DNA from: Chara braunii
Taxonomy: Eukaryota; Plantae; Charophyceae
Length of the DNA: 64,000 nucleotides
Assembly: GCA_003427395.1 (NCBI GenBank)
Contig: BFEA01000001.1
Span: 1,796,779 to 1,860,778 of the forward strand
Direction: 5' to 3'
This document shows positions 1-10,622 of the stretch, piece by piece. A program made the translations under genes and the position numbers. Position 1 is the stretch's first letter. Each line of letters starts with the position of its first letter. The notes beneath the pieces are model-generated. The model ran no database searches and had not been told where the DNA came from. It saw only the letters and a program-made list of their open reading frames with translations.

Positions 1-1188
1 GATGCCATGAGATTTTGTGGCGGGCAAGTGAGGATATGCCCCCCCCTTCTCTACTGATCAGTTCAGTCTTATGTTTCCCCCATGCCCAGTGCTGAGCCTT
101 GATCTGTTGTGTTCAGCCTTTGTTTATGGGGCTCTCTCTCTCTCTCTCACACACATGGGCAGCCCGTTCATTAGTGCTTGTTAAACTGCCACTGGAACTG
201 ACGCGTCCATTCAGCTGGCACCTCTTTTTAGAGCTTGGCCAGCTAAATAAAAAAGATGCGGGCGTACAGGTAGTGGCAGCGACAAAAACATGTGTTTGTT
301 TCCCACCGGCATCTCTTTTGCCATGAAGGAATTTGTTTTTCATATTTTTAATATGTTTTCAAAAAGAATCCAAAGATCATCACTCGATCTATGTTCTTCG
401 ATTTTTTCCAGATTTGTTCGTCAATTATTCTGAATACGATAAATTGCCGAAAGCTGGTCTAGTCTCTTTCAGTGGGCCTGCGCCTCACCACCACAGGTGA
501 AACAGCATGCGGGCCTCTGCCTCAGCCTCTTGCACAGGTTCGGTTTCTGTAGGGGTCCGGTTGCCTGAAAAATTCCCCATGATGCGCTTCGACCGGTCCT
601 CCCGCCAACAACCGCTCCACGGCCCCCTCTGGAGTCTGAATCCCTACCCGAAGTTTTGCAGCCTTTGCACCGCCGCAGCAGGATGGAAAGGGAGAAGGGG
701 CCGTTTCCCCTATCATGCTTTGGAAAGGTGGAGCCTGTTGTGTATGCTAGTCACACACATAACAGAGAGCAATTGATAAGTCCGAGGGAGAAAAGAAAGG
801 TAATTGTTTCGTGACTAAACTGGTCTTCGTTTTATTTGACTTGTTACGTGTTCAGTTTTTGACTAACTTTTCTCTTAGTCACAAGAAGGTATATAACTGT
901 GCTCGCTTTGTCATTCCTCTTTTGTTTTTCAAGTGTCTAGTGGTACACGTGTCCTTGTTGCCTGCTTGCCCTTGTCATGCCTTTCCTTGTTTGTTTAGAG
1001 TTTCAAATGATGCACAAGTCCACCTGCCTACCTGCCTGCTGGCTTTGCACAGTAGACGTGGGAACGGAAGGTAGACGACAATAGGAGAGACTAACAGACT
1101 GCACTGCATGAAATATTTCCACCTGCTTTCTCACAGATAGGGGTAACTTTGTCTGATCCTCTTATATGTGCAATGTGGATGTGCACAG

Positions 1189-1446
1189 GCTCCACTCTAC
1201 GTGACAACAAAGCTTTCAAAGATCCGGCAATCTTCACTGTTTATCCCGACACCAGACACATTTGCCAAGTTTGGGGTCAAATGGATTGGTTACGAACCAA
1301 GGTGCACGCCGTACTGGGTCCATGCTATAATGTGGTGCGTCATATCCATGTTGCCAGAAGGGTGGATGGATTCTATTCGCCTGAAGCAATCATTGGCCAT
1401 TCGGAAACGTGCTCTTCTGAAAGAGAAAATGAAGAAGGGTGAGTGA
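1189..1446 (+). CDS. KCR1: Terminal exon of very-long-chain 3-oxoacyl-CoA reductase (beta-ketoacyl reductase, SDR family)
   Basis: After the acceptor gtgcacag (1188) it reads APLYVTTKLSKIRQSSLFIPTPDTFAKFGVKWIGYEPRCTPYWVHAIMW...IRKRALLKEKMKKGE*. This matches the C-terminus of plant KCR1 (VPLYVATKM...GYEARCTPYWPHA...IRKKGMLK). Upstream exons were not found in the window. Confidence 0.88.
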   Translation, partial: APLYVTTKLSKIRQSSLFIPTPDTFAKFGVKWIGYEPRCTPYWVHAIMWCVISMLPEGWMDSIRLKQSLAIRKRALLKEKMKKGE

Positions 1447-1576
1447 CCGGTCAAGCTGATCTGGTGAAAGACTGAAAGTATCATTTCTGAGTGATTCAGA
1501 AGCTGCTCAGGTTCACAGGCAGGCAGGTGTTAGTAATCAGGTTAAAAGGGGGAGGCACAAAGGCAGGGGGATGAGT

Positions 1577-1631
<55 letters not shown>

Positions 1632-1807
1632 NNNNNNNNNNNNNNNNNNNNNNNNNNNNNNNNNNNNNNNNNNNNNNNNNNNNNNNNNNNNNNNNNNNNN
1701 NNNNNNNNNNNNNNNNNNNNNNNNNNNNNNNNNNNNNNNNNNNNNNNNNNNNNNNNNNNNNNNNNNNNNNNNNNNNNNNNNNNNNNNNNNNNNNNNNNNN
1801 NNNNNNN

Positions 1808-1886
<79 letters not shown>
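1577..1886. repeat. (TG)n - gap - (GA)n microsatellite
   Basis: Directly visible; contains an N run. Confidence 0.95.
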
Positions 1887-1887
<1 letters not shown>

Positions 1888-2301
1888 AGGAATGGTGGAT
1901 CAGCTGTATCTTCTCTTGGTTGCAATGTGATCTCCTTTTGAAAGTCTTGTAACAGAAACAGTGGGAAGAAGATAGAAGAAAAGGAAAGGCGGGCAAAGCT
2001 GAGATTGGGGATGAAGGTGGGCCGCTTGTCAGGAAGTTCTGATCTCATTAGAGTCAACACGAGCGGGTAAGAAAGCAGGTTGTGTTCATTATTTACTAGT
2101 TTGAAAAAGTAGAGACTTCAGTCTGCCATTCCAGAGTGTGCCTGTACTCGAGCAGCACAGGAACATAGGAATTGGGAGGAAGAAAACCTGTCAGCAACGA
2201 AATTCCCTTCTCAATGAAGCCATTCATTTGGTAGTTCCGTTGAAAAAGGGTGCAGGAGTGATCTTTTAGACTTCAGTATGTTTACTAACTGAATTGTAAG
2301 C

Positions 2302-2694
2302 CAGGCAATTTTTTCCCACTGCACAGGTGGATGCTTTTTTTTTCAAATGAGCAGGTTTGTGCCTGTGATTCCTAGCTTTTACAGCATGTGAGTAGTCGAT
2401 TATAAGCGTTTTGTGTGTAGCTGATCATGGTGGTGTTGTGTGATTGTTTGACATTGTGCGGCCTATGCAATTGGGGAAAGGAAGGGGCAGACGCTAACAG
2501 GCATTTTTTTCCCACTGCACAGGTGGATGCTTTTTTTTTCAAATGAGCAGGTTTGTACCTGTGATTCCTAGCTTTTACAGCATGTGAGTAGTCGATTATA
2601 AGCGTTTTGTGTGTAGCAGATCATGGTGGTGTTGTGTGATTGTTTGACATTGTGTGGCCTATGCAATTGGGGAAAGGAAGGGGCAGACGCTAAC
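2302..2694. repeat. Tandem duplication of a ~197-bp unit
   Basis: aggca-tttttt-cccactgcacaggtggatgc...gggcagacgctaac occurs twice, nearly identical. Confidence 0.9.
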
Positions 2695-3709
2695 TCATTG
2701 TGCCCATGGTAATTTCACTCCTTTGTGCAAAATGTTGCTCACTTAGCAGGGAAATTGAAACTCTCCATCTTGGATCGCTTTTGACGGAGTAGAGGGGTAC
2801 CCCCCCCCCAAACGGAAATGGAACTTTATTTTTGGGTTGGTGCGATTAAAAACAAAACAGAAAACGGTTGATTGGTTGGTTGATTGATTGTAAAAGAAAA
2901 AAGAAAAAGAAAAAAAAATGCACCGAGTCGTGCTTTTTTTGAGTGTATAGTGAATATGACAACACACACCGAGTGTGTAGTTTTAGATGAATGTCTGGCA
3001 TGCCAATGCTGTTAGATTTGATTGTTTTTCGTAAATGAGTTTTTGGTTTTGTGCGCGGATGCGGAAGTTTTTTCGGATCTTTGAGGCGGTCCGGTCGGTG
3101 CCTTCTTGCTGGAGTAGTCTTCTTCTTTTTTTTTTCTTTTTTTTTTGGCTTAGGTAAGTTGCCTTCTGCCCTCCATCCCCTTATGGTTTGAAATATATGT
3201 GTCTACATATGTATATGTGCAAGTGTGCCACTTTGGCGGCAGACGGGTGTGTGGGCACTCGATGCTGAACCACACAAACGTGTGCTTGAACCCGCGACCT
3301 GTTCCCTGAAAGTCGTATGTTCGGCTGTTGTATATAGTGTGGGTGCAAGGGTATGACCGGTAGACCTTAAACTTAGTGGTCATAGGTGTACTATAGGTCG
3401 TAGCTGCTACAGTTCTGAAGGGTCAAGACTAGGACCTTCTAAAAGCTCCGGAACTGTCAGTCCGTGGCTCAGTCAGCGAGGGGCAGTCCTAGCACAGTCA
3501 GCAGAGGGCAGTCCCAGTCCTACCTAGTCCAGTCAGCTGTACCTAGTCCCAGGCTGCACTTTGTCCAGTCTGCAAGTACCATGTGGGACTGTGTATAGCC
3601 CGGGCCCAGGGTGCAAGGGCAGACCAACGACGATCCGAAGTATAAATAAGGAGGCAGCATCCAGTTATTCATTCATTCTGCCTGTAAGCCGGGCGGAAGC
3701 ACTGTCGGA

Positions 3710-3900
3710 GCGTCTTGTGCTACGGAGGTCTGCAGGTGCCTGAGGAAGAAGAGGGCTAAGAGGAGGAAGACGTGGCCATAGCCGCGAGTTAGCTTAGGAG
3801 GCGTNGAGGCGTCTTGTGCTACGGAGGTCTGCAGGTGCCTGAGGAAGAAGAGGGCTAAGAGGAGGAAGACGTGGCCATAGCCGCGAGTTAGCTTAGGAGG
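3710..3900. repeat. ~92-bp direct duplication with a single N at the junction (possible assembly artefact)
   Basis: gcgtcttgtgctacgg...gcttaggagg occurs twice around the N at 3805. Confidence 0.8.
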
Positions 3901-4136
3901 GAGACGACAGCCATATCTGCCACATGGGATAGGATAGGGAGAGTGTGTATTCGAGCGTGTGTGTGCGCGCGGGACATCCAGGGTGATCCGAGTGCGTGTG
4001 TGTGTGCAAATAAGCTGCTGGTGGATATAGTTGATCGGGTGGGAATCGTTGTCTGGCACTGCGCGCCATAGCAATCAAGACAAGTTTGAATCTGAGCTGT
4101 GTTCCTGGTCACGTTTATCTCCAAGCTTCGTGGGCG

Positions 4137-4497
4137 CTATGAGCCAAGTTCATTCGCCTTCTGTTTGCATGCATGCTGAAGCAGGTTTGAGACAAGTCTG
4201 ATTGCACTGGTATCGGAGTTGGTTACCCGCTGTCCCGCCACATTTCGATCGCCGCCGTCGTCGTCATCATCGCCATCGTCATCATCATCGTGGTGTGCCA
4301 TCGTTATCGTCATCATGCTGCACTATGAGCCAAGTTCATTCGTCATCCGTTTGCATGCATGCCGAAGCAGGTTTGAGACAAGTCTGATTGCACTGGTATC
4401 GGAGTAGGTTACCCACTGTCCCGCCACCCTGCGATCGCCGCCATCGTCGTCATCATCGCCATCGTCGTGGTGTGCCAGTGTCATCATCATCGTGCTG
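4137..4497. repeat. Tandem duplication of a ~186-bp unit rich in (CAT/CGT)n
   Basis: ctatgagccaagttcattcg...gcaggtttgagacaagtctgattgcactggtatcggag is repeated. Confidence 0.85.
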
Positions 4498-5101
4498 CGC
4501 GATCGCCGCTGACGTCGGAAGGAGGAGGGGCGCCGTGTGCCCAGATTGTGCGCTCGTTTCATCGCGCACGGCCAGTCGTCGAGCACGCGTGTTACTAAGA
4601 TCGCCCGCCTGCTTGCCTTGCCTGTTTTAGCTGTGCGCTGCTGCTTTTCGGGTGTGCTCGTTGTTGGCCGCACCGCTGCGCCGCTGATTCGCCACGCCCC
4701 GCTACCGCCGTGCGCCGTTGTGTTCTCGCGCTCGCTAGCCGTTTCCTTATGCGCGGCTGCTGATAGCGCGCCAAGTTGCCATCTCGCGCGCCCTGTTGGT
4801 AGTTCCGCACGCCCAAGTGCCGCTGTTCGTTGTGCGCCGCTGCCGCTACGCGTAGCTGCTGTTGTTCTCGCCATGCCGAAGGATTAGACTTAGGCCTCCG
4901 TATTAAAGAGGGAGGCCGCCACGTGGAAGGAGATTGTGGTGCCTGCGAAGTGGCGGCCATAGCCATAGGTAGGGAAGCGCAAAGGTAGAAGATCGGATGC
5001 ACAGAGGTAGAAGACGAAGTGGTAGGAGCCACGGCGGCTGTGAAGGAGAGCGTGCTGCCTGTGAAGTGGAGGCCATAGGCATAGCCAGGGAAGCGCGTGG
5101 G

Positions 5102-5103
<2 letters not shown>

Positions 5104-5170
<67 letters not shown>

Positions 5171-5204
5171 NNNNNNNNNNNNNNNNNNNNNNNNNNNNNN
5201 NNNN

Positions 5205-5282
<78 letters not shown>
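5104..5282. repeat. (GA)n microsatellite with gap
   Basis: Directly visible. Confidence 0.95.
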
Positions 5283-5285
<3 letters not shown>

Positions 5286-6461
5286 GATGCGCTGAGGAAG
5301 AAGTGGCCGCCGAGCTCAGACATAGGGAGGCAGATGAAGACAGAAGTGACGAAGACGGAGAGAAACAAAGTAGGAGGAAGGAGAGATGAGAAAGGAGAAG
5401 GGAAGTGAAGGAAGCCATAGCCAAGGTGGGTGAGGAGGAAGTTGAAAGAGAGGAGGGGGTTGACGAAGGAGAAGGGTCGGCGGCCATAGCCAGGAGGTCA
5501 AAGGTTGAACTATGGATGTGCACATAACCTTGGTACTTGCTGAGCGTCAGTCTCTCTTCTTTCTGCATTGAGTCACTTCTGTGTATGTGGTCAATAGAGC
5601 TGTGGTGACCAAACCTACATTGTACTTGGTAGGGCTAGAGGCCATGTCTGACAACTGACACGTCCCGGGGACAAGACTCCTAAGGATCTGTACGGACCGG
5701 CGGACTGGTCAGTGTGGCGTGGTAGGCCTGAACTTCGAGCTGTAGGGTGCACATCCAGTTGTCTAACTCTTGGGGCCAATTTGTTGATCACGTCGTCTTG
5801 TCTGCGACATTAAAAAATTCCTGAGGAGTCATGGGGGATCTCCTTAAATGCCGCATTATCAGCAGTAGAGTCCTGTAGTGACAACCTTGGAGTCGACTAG
5901 GCTAGAGACTGTAGTTGACAGAGTTCTGATCCAGAGTGAAAGCCAGGTGGGTTTGATCGCGGATACGAGGAGCACCTGGATCATGGAAAGTTTCGGTGAT
6001 AGTGGTGGTGCAAGCTTCCAACGACTGTGGTAACCTGGCTGGAACAAAGGGGAAGACTCTGTGGTGTTTAGAGTGTTAATCAGTCAGTGTGTGGATACGT
6101 ATAAGTGGTGAGGAGTGAAACTGTCATTGGGTTTTGCACCTTCCACCATGGATGACTGTCCAATGTACTCCTTACTCGTGGGGTTCTCCTTGTGGGGGAC
6201 CCTCTGTCAGTTCTTCTTTCCACTGGGGTTCTGGCAAACCAAGGCACGAAGTGCAGCAAGACATGCTGGACACGAAAGCAAGATGCAAAGAAGTGGGCGT
6301 CCGGTCTCCTTCCTGTATTTATTATGGAGTAAATCAACCAAGGGTAGTGTTGCCGAAATGCGCGTGGAAAAGCACTTGGTCAAACCGAGCAACAGGAGGC
6401 TTGCACCTCCGAGGCCGGCGCGGGAGATAAAAGTGGGATTTTTCATAGTCAATTGAGAATG

Positions 6462-6551
6462 TTCTCAATCTTAAAAATGAATCCAAAAATTTTGAATATC
6501 ATAGTCAAAGAAATTGGCGAACAATCACGAAAAAAGAAAAAAAACATGTAA
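6462..6551 (+). pseudogene. rps1: NUMT: probable 3' end of mitochondrial rps1
   Basis: [17 protein letters not shown] resembles the plant mitochondrial Rps1 C-terminus. It lies immediately upstream of atp8, an order known from bryophyte mtDNA. Confidence 0.5.
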
Positions 6552-6553
6552 AA

Positions 6554-6647
6554 ATGCCTCAATTAGACCAATTTACATATTTCACGCAATTCCTTTGGTT
6601 ATGTGTATTTTATTTGAGTTTTTATGTGTTATTATGTAATGATGGGT
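6554..6647 (+). pseudogene. atp8: NUMT: 5' fragment of mitochondrial atp8 (orfB)
   Basis: [31 protein letters not shown] is the diagnostic Atp8 N-terminus; similarity stops after about 31 codons. Confidence 0.92.
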
Positions 6648-6775
6648 GCTTTGACCTTTCTGCAGTGCTTCGCGCCTTTGAAATCGTGCCTGGCTGCGTG
6701 TGTTTAGAGATTTTTTACCACAATGGAGCGAAGCCGCTACCATTCCATTTTTTCCGAAACCGAAAGGAACTACTA

Positions 6776-7075
<300 letters not shown>

Positions 7076-7294
7076 TCACTTTGATGATGCTGGATGTCAC
7101 AAAATTCGAAATGCTTTGTTTTTTCTCTCCTCCGAACCGTAAAGTAGCAGTCAAAGATTTGAAAAACAATTGATTGTGCACAAGCTGCGCTCCTTTTTTT
7201 ATTTTGGGTTTGGGTGTTTTGCACTTTTATTTAGTATGTATGATGAACTTCAATAAAATACGCTTTGGATGCAAAAAAAGGCCAATCGAAATTG

Positions 7295-7515
7295 ATGAAA
7301 ATAAGAAAAACCCTTGTTAAAGAAAAAAACACAACATATTGAAAAAAGATTGCCGTATACTATTTTGTTGCATTGTAGTGGTTTGACTAGCCAACAATGG
7401 CGACAATTGAAGAATCTTTTATATGTCACTCATGGTCAGACTTTGTTTCAACCAAGTGCTTTCTCTTCGACCCTTCATGATAGCGCAGGACCTACCTGTA
7501 TTTTGTACTTGACTG
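7295..7515 (+). pseudogene. rpl10: NUMT: fragment of mitochondrial rpl10
   Basis: ILLHCSGLTSQQWRQLKNLL and SAGPTCILYL match streptophyte mitochondrial Rpl10 motifs. The ATG at 7295 is out of frame with the body. Confidence 0.8.
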
Positions 7516-8052
7516 ACTCTTGCGAGCCTCCAGGCACAAAGTGCAGACATCTCTGCCGAATTGCTGGACACGAAGTGGTGGCCAAAACTGCTTCAAAATG
7601 TATTCTACCTGTAGAGTCACAACCAAGAGTGGTACTCAGACCTCCCCTTACACGAGAGAACAGGAGGAGGAAGCCGCCAGGATCCTTGCAGAGAAGGCCA
7701 AGAAAGAAAAGGAGTTGGAAAAGCAATGAAGATGGTAGATAAGGATGAGAGCAACGTACCTCGTAATCCTGCCCCCAATCACAGATTTCTCACCAGCAAC
7801 CTGATGTGCATTTATGACGACCGGTCTTTGCCTTGGCACAACAAACATCGAAATGCAGTTCCGCCTTGGCTTAAATGCCACATCAGCGAGTTCTCATCAT
7901 CCAGCATACACCCCAATGTCAGCTCACAGCCTTCGCGCCCACACGACCCTGGGCTGCCGCACGTTCAACGCCCAAGCATTATCACTGCCCCACTCACACA
8001 TGCGAAGCACCGAACAGCTATTGCAAAGAACCAGCAATCGTAGTTCGAACCA

Positions 8053-8064
8053 GCTCTGATACCA
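8053..8064 (-). other. Primer-binding site complementary to initiator tRNA-Met
   Basis: The minus strand reads ...TTACA ATT TGGTATCAGAGC: a canonical Met PBS 3 nt from a CA LTR end at 8068. Confidence 0.8.
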
Positions 8065-8249
8065 AATTGTAAGGAAAATGAGCAATAGCGAAATGACAGA
8101 TTCCAGATTGCACGAACACATTGAAAGCCAGAAAGTGCACCAACTCTTCCCCCCATTTTTTTTCTTTCGTTCTTTTTTTTTTTTTTTTTTTTTTTTTCCT
8201 AAGGCAGGGGCAGCTCGCCGTTTNAANACGAACGAGCNCGTCCCCCCCC

Positions 8250-8307
8250 CTAAGTCATTTCACAGAGTCGAACTAGAGTCAAGCTCAACAGGGTCTTCTC
8301 TTTCCCC
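8250..8307 (-). pseudogene. 28S (LSU) rRNA fragment
   Basis: The minus strand GGGGAAAGAGAAGACCCTGTTGAGCTTGACTCTAGTTCGACTCTGTGAAATGACTTAG matches conserved LSU sequence at the 5' side of the peptidyl-transferase region. Confidence 0.9.
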
Positions 8308-8409
8308 TTTGCCTCGCGCCCGTGCCCGGACGCTTTCAGTGCCAGGTTCGGGTATGCCAGCAAACACTGCAGCCCATTCCTAAATCCAACGGGCGCAGGT
8401 AAGTTGGTC

Positions 8410-8465
<56 letters not shown>

Positions 8466-8521
8466 GCCACCTCGACGAGCCTGAATACAGTCGTGCTCGT
8501 GCGGCTGATTCAGGCGGTTGA

Positions 8522-8578
8522 CAGATTGTCGAGGTTCAGCCCCCTGATGATTCGGTGAAGGTCCGACGATACAGTCTG
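8522..8578 (+). ncRNA. Degenerate type III hammerhead ribozyme-like motif
   Basis: CAGATT-GTC-GAGG-ttcag-CCCC-CTGATGA-tTCGG-tgaaggt-CCGAc-GATAC-AGTCTG. It has an 8-bp stem III, a GUC triplet and the CUGAUGA core, with three deviations including GAUA for GAAA. Confidence 0.5.
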
Positions 8579-9225
8579 GCGCAGTCAAGTCCCGTTTGTT
8601 CGAAACGAACGGGCACTAAGGCGACAGCCACTGGAGAAAAAAAAGAAAAAGAAGAAAAAAGAAAAAAAAAGAATCTAGATAAAATCTAAGAGAAAAACAA
8701 AATCTAAAGAAAAACTAAAATAACGAAAAAGGAAAACCCAGAGGACCTAGCTGCATCACTCTCAAGACGTGCAGACGAGGGTGAATCTTCCGCTAAAATA
8801 TGGAAAGATGCACCGCTAAGATTTTTGTCTTTTGTGCATATCGGAAGTAGCAGACGCTGAAAGCCCCACCTCAAAACGGCGGCCCGTTCGAACGGGCGCT
8901 GCCTGACGCCTGGGGCATCTAAACGCCCCAGCACCTAAGGCTGCGCCATCTGGCGCGCCGCCTGCACTAGCTTTAGTTTCTAGTTTTTAGTTTGTTTGTT
9001 TTTTTTTCTCACCCAACGGTTATCTCCCATCGGGTTGTTTTGCCCCGATGGCGCCAGAACGAAAGAAAAAACAACAAAAGAAGAACAACAAAAGAAAAAA
9101 GAACCGACTTACCTCGACGTTGTAGCTGTCTCCATCGCGCCCGTACCTGGATGCTTACGCGTCCAGCTACGGGACATGTAAGTTTTTGTTTCTTTTTTCT
9201 TTGTTTTTGTTTTTTTTTTCAGAAG

Positions 9226-9285
9226 AAAAATTCGGACCATTTCTCAATTTATGCGTGTCATCCTTGCGCAGGGGCCATGCTATCT
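9226..9285 (-). pseudogene. U6: U6 snRNA 3' half (copy 1)
   Basis: The minus strand TAGCATGGCCCCTGCGCAAGGATGACACGCATAAATTGAGAAATGGTCCGAATTTTT is plant U6 from the AGC triad to the oligo(U) tail. The ACAGAGA box and 5' part are absent. Confidence 0.95.
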
Positions 9286-10401
9286 CGGCGCGGCTGATTT
9301 CAGCCGCGCGACCTTGAAGATCGCACGGCCGAAATCGGCCATGCCTACCCAGGTGTTGTGGGCTGCTCCAAAAGTAGCTAGCCCGGTAGTGCTGTTACTC
9401 AGGTTCGATCCCCATGTCTGCAGGGTGGTAATCTGGCGACGGTACCTATTGGGCTAGCTCCTTTTCACATCAAGAAAGGAGCAACCCTTCTATATGAAGG
9501 CTTCCAATGCCCAGCAGGCCCCTCTCCGATGCCTAGCAGGTTGTGCCTGCTAAGCCGGCTTGTTGTCGTGGCTGGCGGGCGGGGTCGACAGCCGACAGCC
9601 TTATCGAATGCCCTACCCAGCCGGCCCCAACACCTTCGACCTCGGTCCTCGGCGCAAAAGCCCTGTGGACCCTAAACCGTTCCTTCACGCCGCGGTCCAT
9701 CCTTACCGTTACAACCCCTTCACGCCGCGGTCCATCCTGACCACGCTCGACCTTATTATAGGTAGGGTAGGCTCAACTTTAGTTTCCCCACGACTGCACA
9801 CTACTGCGGCCTCGTCGAGACCCGTGGATGACAGTGTTGACTACCGCTATCCCGCGAGGACGTCGCTGTCGCCCTGCGTCAATGACGTCAGGTTCTAAAA
9901 AGGTATAGGTCTCTCAGTCATAGCGTTCGTCTGAGTAAACTTTGGCAACGGCAATCTCATCAAGTCGTCCAATTTAGTGAAAAGGTCAGACGGCGTCCGA
10001 CGTAAAAAAACACGGGCAGATACCCTTGTCGGGGTTTCTGCCCCGACAACGGTAACGTAGGTGACTTGCCAGATATTAATTTATTTTTCAAACCGGCCAG
10101 ACACATAATGCGGTCAACGTCTGCCTAGCTGATGAGTGTACCAGGCAGTAGTGAGGATAGATCTGTAGGAAGAAGAGTGACACGTCAGGAGTCTCTTAGG
10201 ATCCCAATCGTGCTCCAAGCTTTACCCGTAAGGGGGAGAGGGCTATACGACGGGAAGTAGTAGTTGAATGTTTGCAGAGGGGTAGAGCACCGCCATGTCA
10301 CATAGAAGTTTAAACAAAAACACAACATAAGAGACAAATTGAGAACGACGTGAAATAATCTTGCTAACCGTCGAGACGGGTGCGAGGTCTCGTCATTCCT
10401 T

Positions 10402-10622
10402 CACCGCTCTAGTCGGGTGCGCCAGCTGTACATCCTGCGGTCCCCTACGACAGGATAGGTTCCCGCGGGGCATAAGCTTGCCTTCCCTAAGAGGCTGTCA
10501 CCACCCTTAGGGGCGTATCCCAACCGAGCTACCGACCCACGTGCGAAAGCTTTTACATGCAATTGCAGAGGTGGGTTGGCCGAGGGCGTTAGCTCGCTCG
10601 CTGTAGTATAGGTACGCGCGCT
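10402..10622 (-). repeat. Divergent copy of the conserved LTR-end (U5-like) unit
   Basis: Shares gtgcgccagc, cccctacgacagga, tgtcacca, ggcgtatccc, tgcaattgcagaggtgg and cgctgtag with the units at 28.6, 33.3, 39.6 and 40.1 kb. Confidence 0.8.

Larger units (their letters stand above)
8068..10048 (-). mobile_element. Putative long 5' LTR carrying 28S and U6 fragments
   Basis: The left end abuts the Met PBS. The right end ...gccccgaca carries the family terminal hairpin, and 9226-10048 is homologous to 13861-14650. That both ends belong to one LTR is inferred. Confidence 0.5.

Noticed and set aside
50-300. Possible upstream KCR1 exons (DQFS, VAATKTCV)
   Set aside because: The matches are too short, in the wrong order and lack consistent splice sites.
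1149-1442. 97-aa ORF overlapping KCR1
   Set aside because: It is an alternative frame of the real exon.
9226-9285. Functional U6 gene or Dada/Utopia-type target insertion
   Set aside because: The 5' half with ACAGAGA is missing on both sides of the element.
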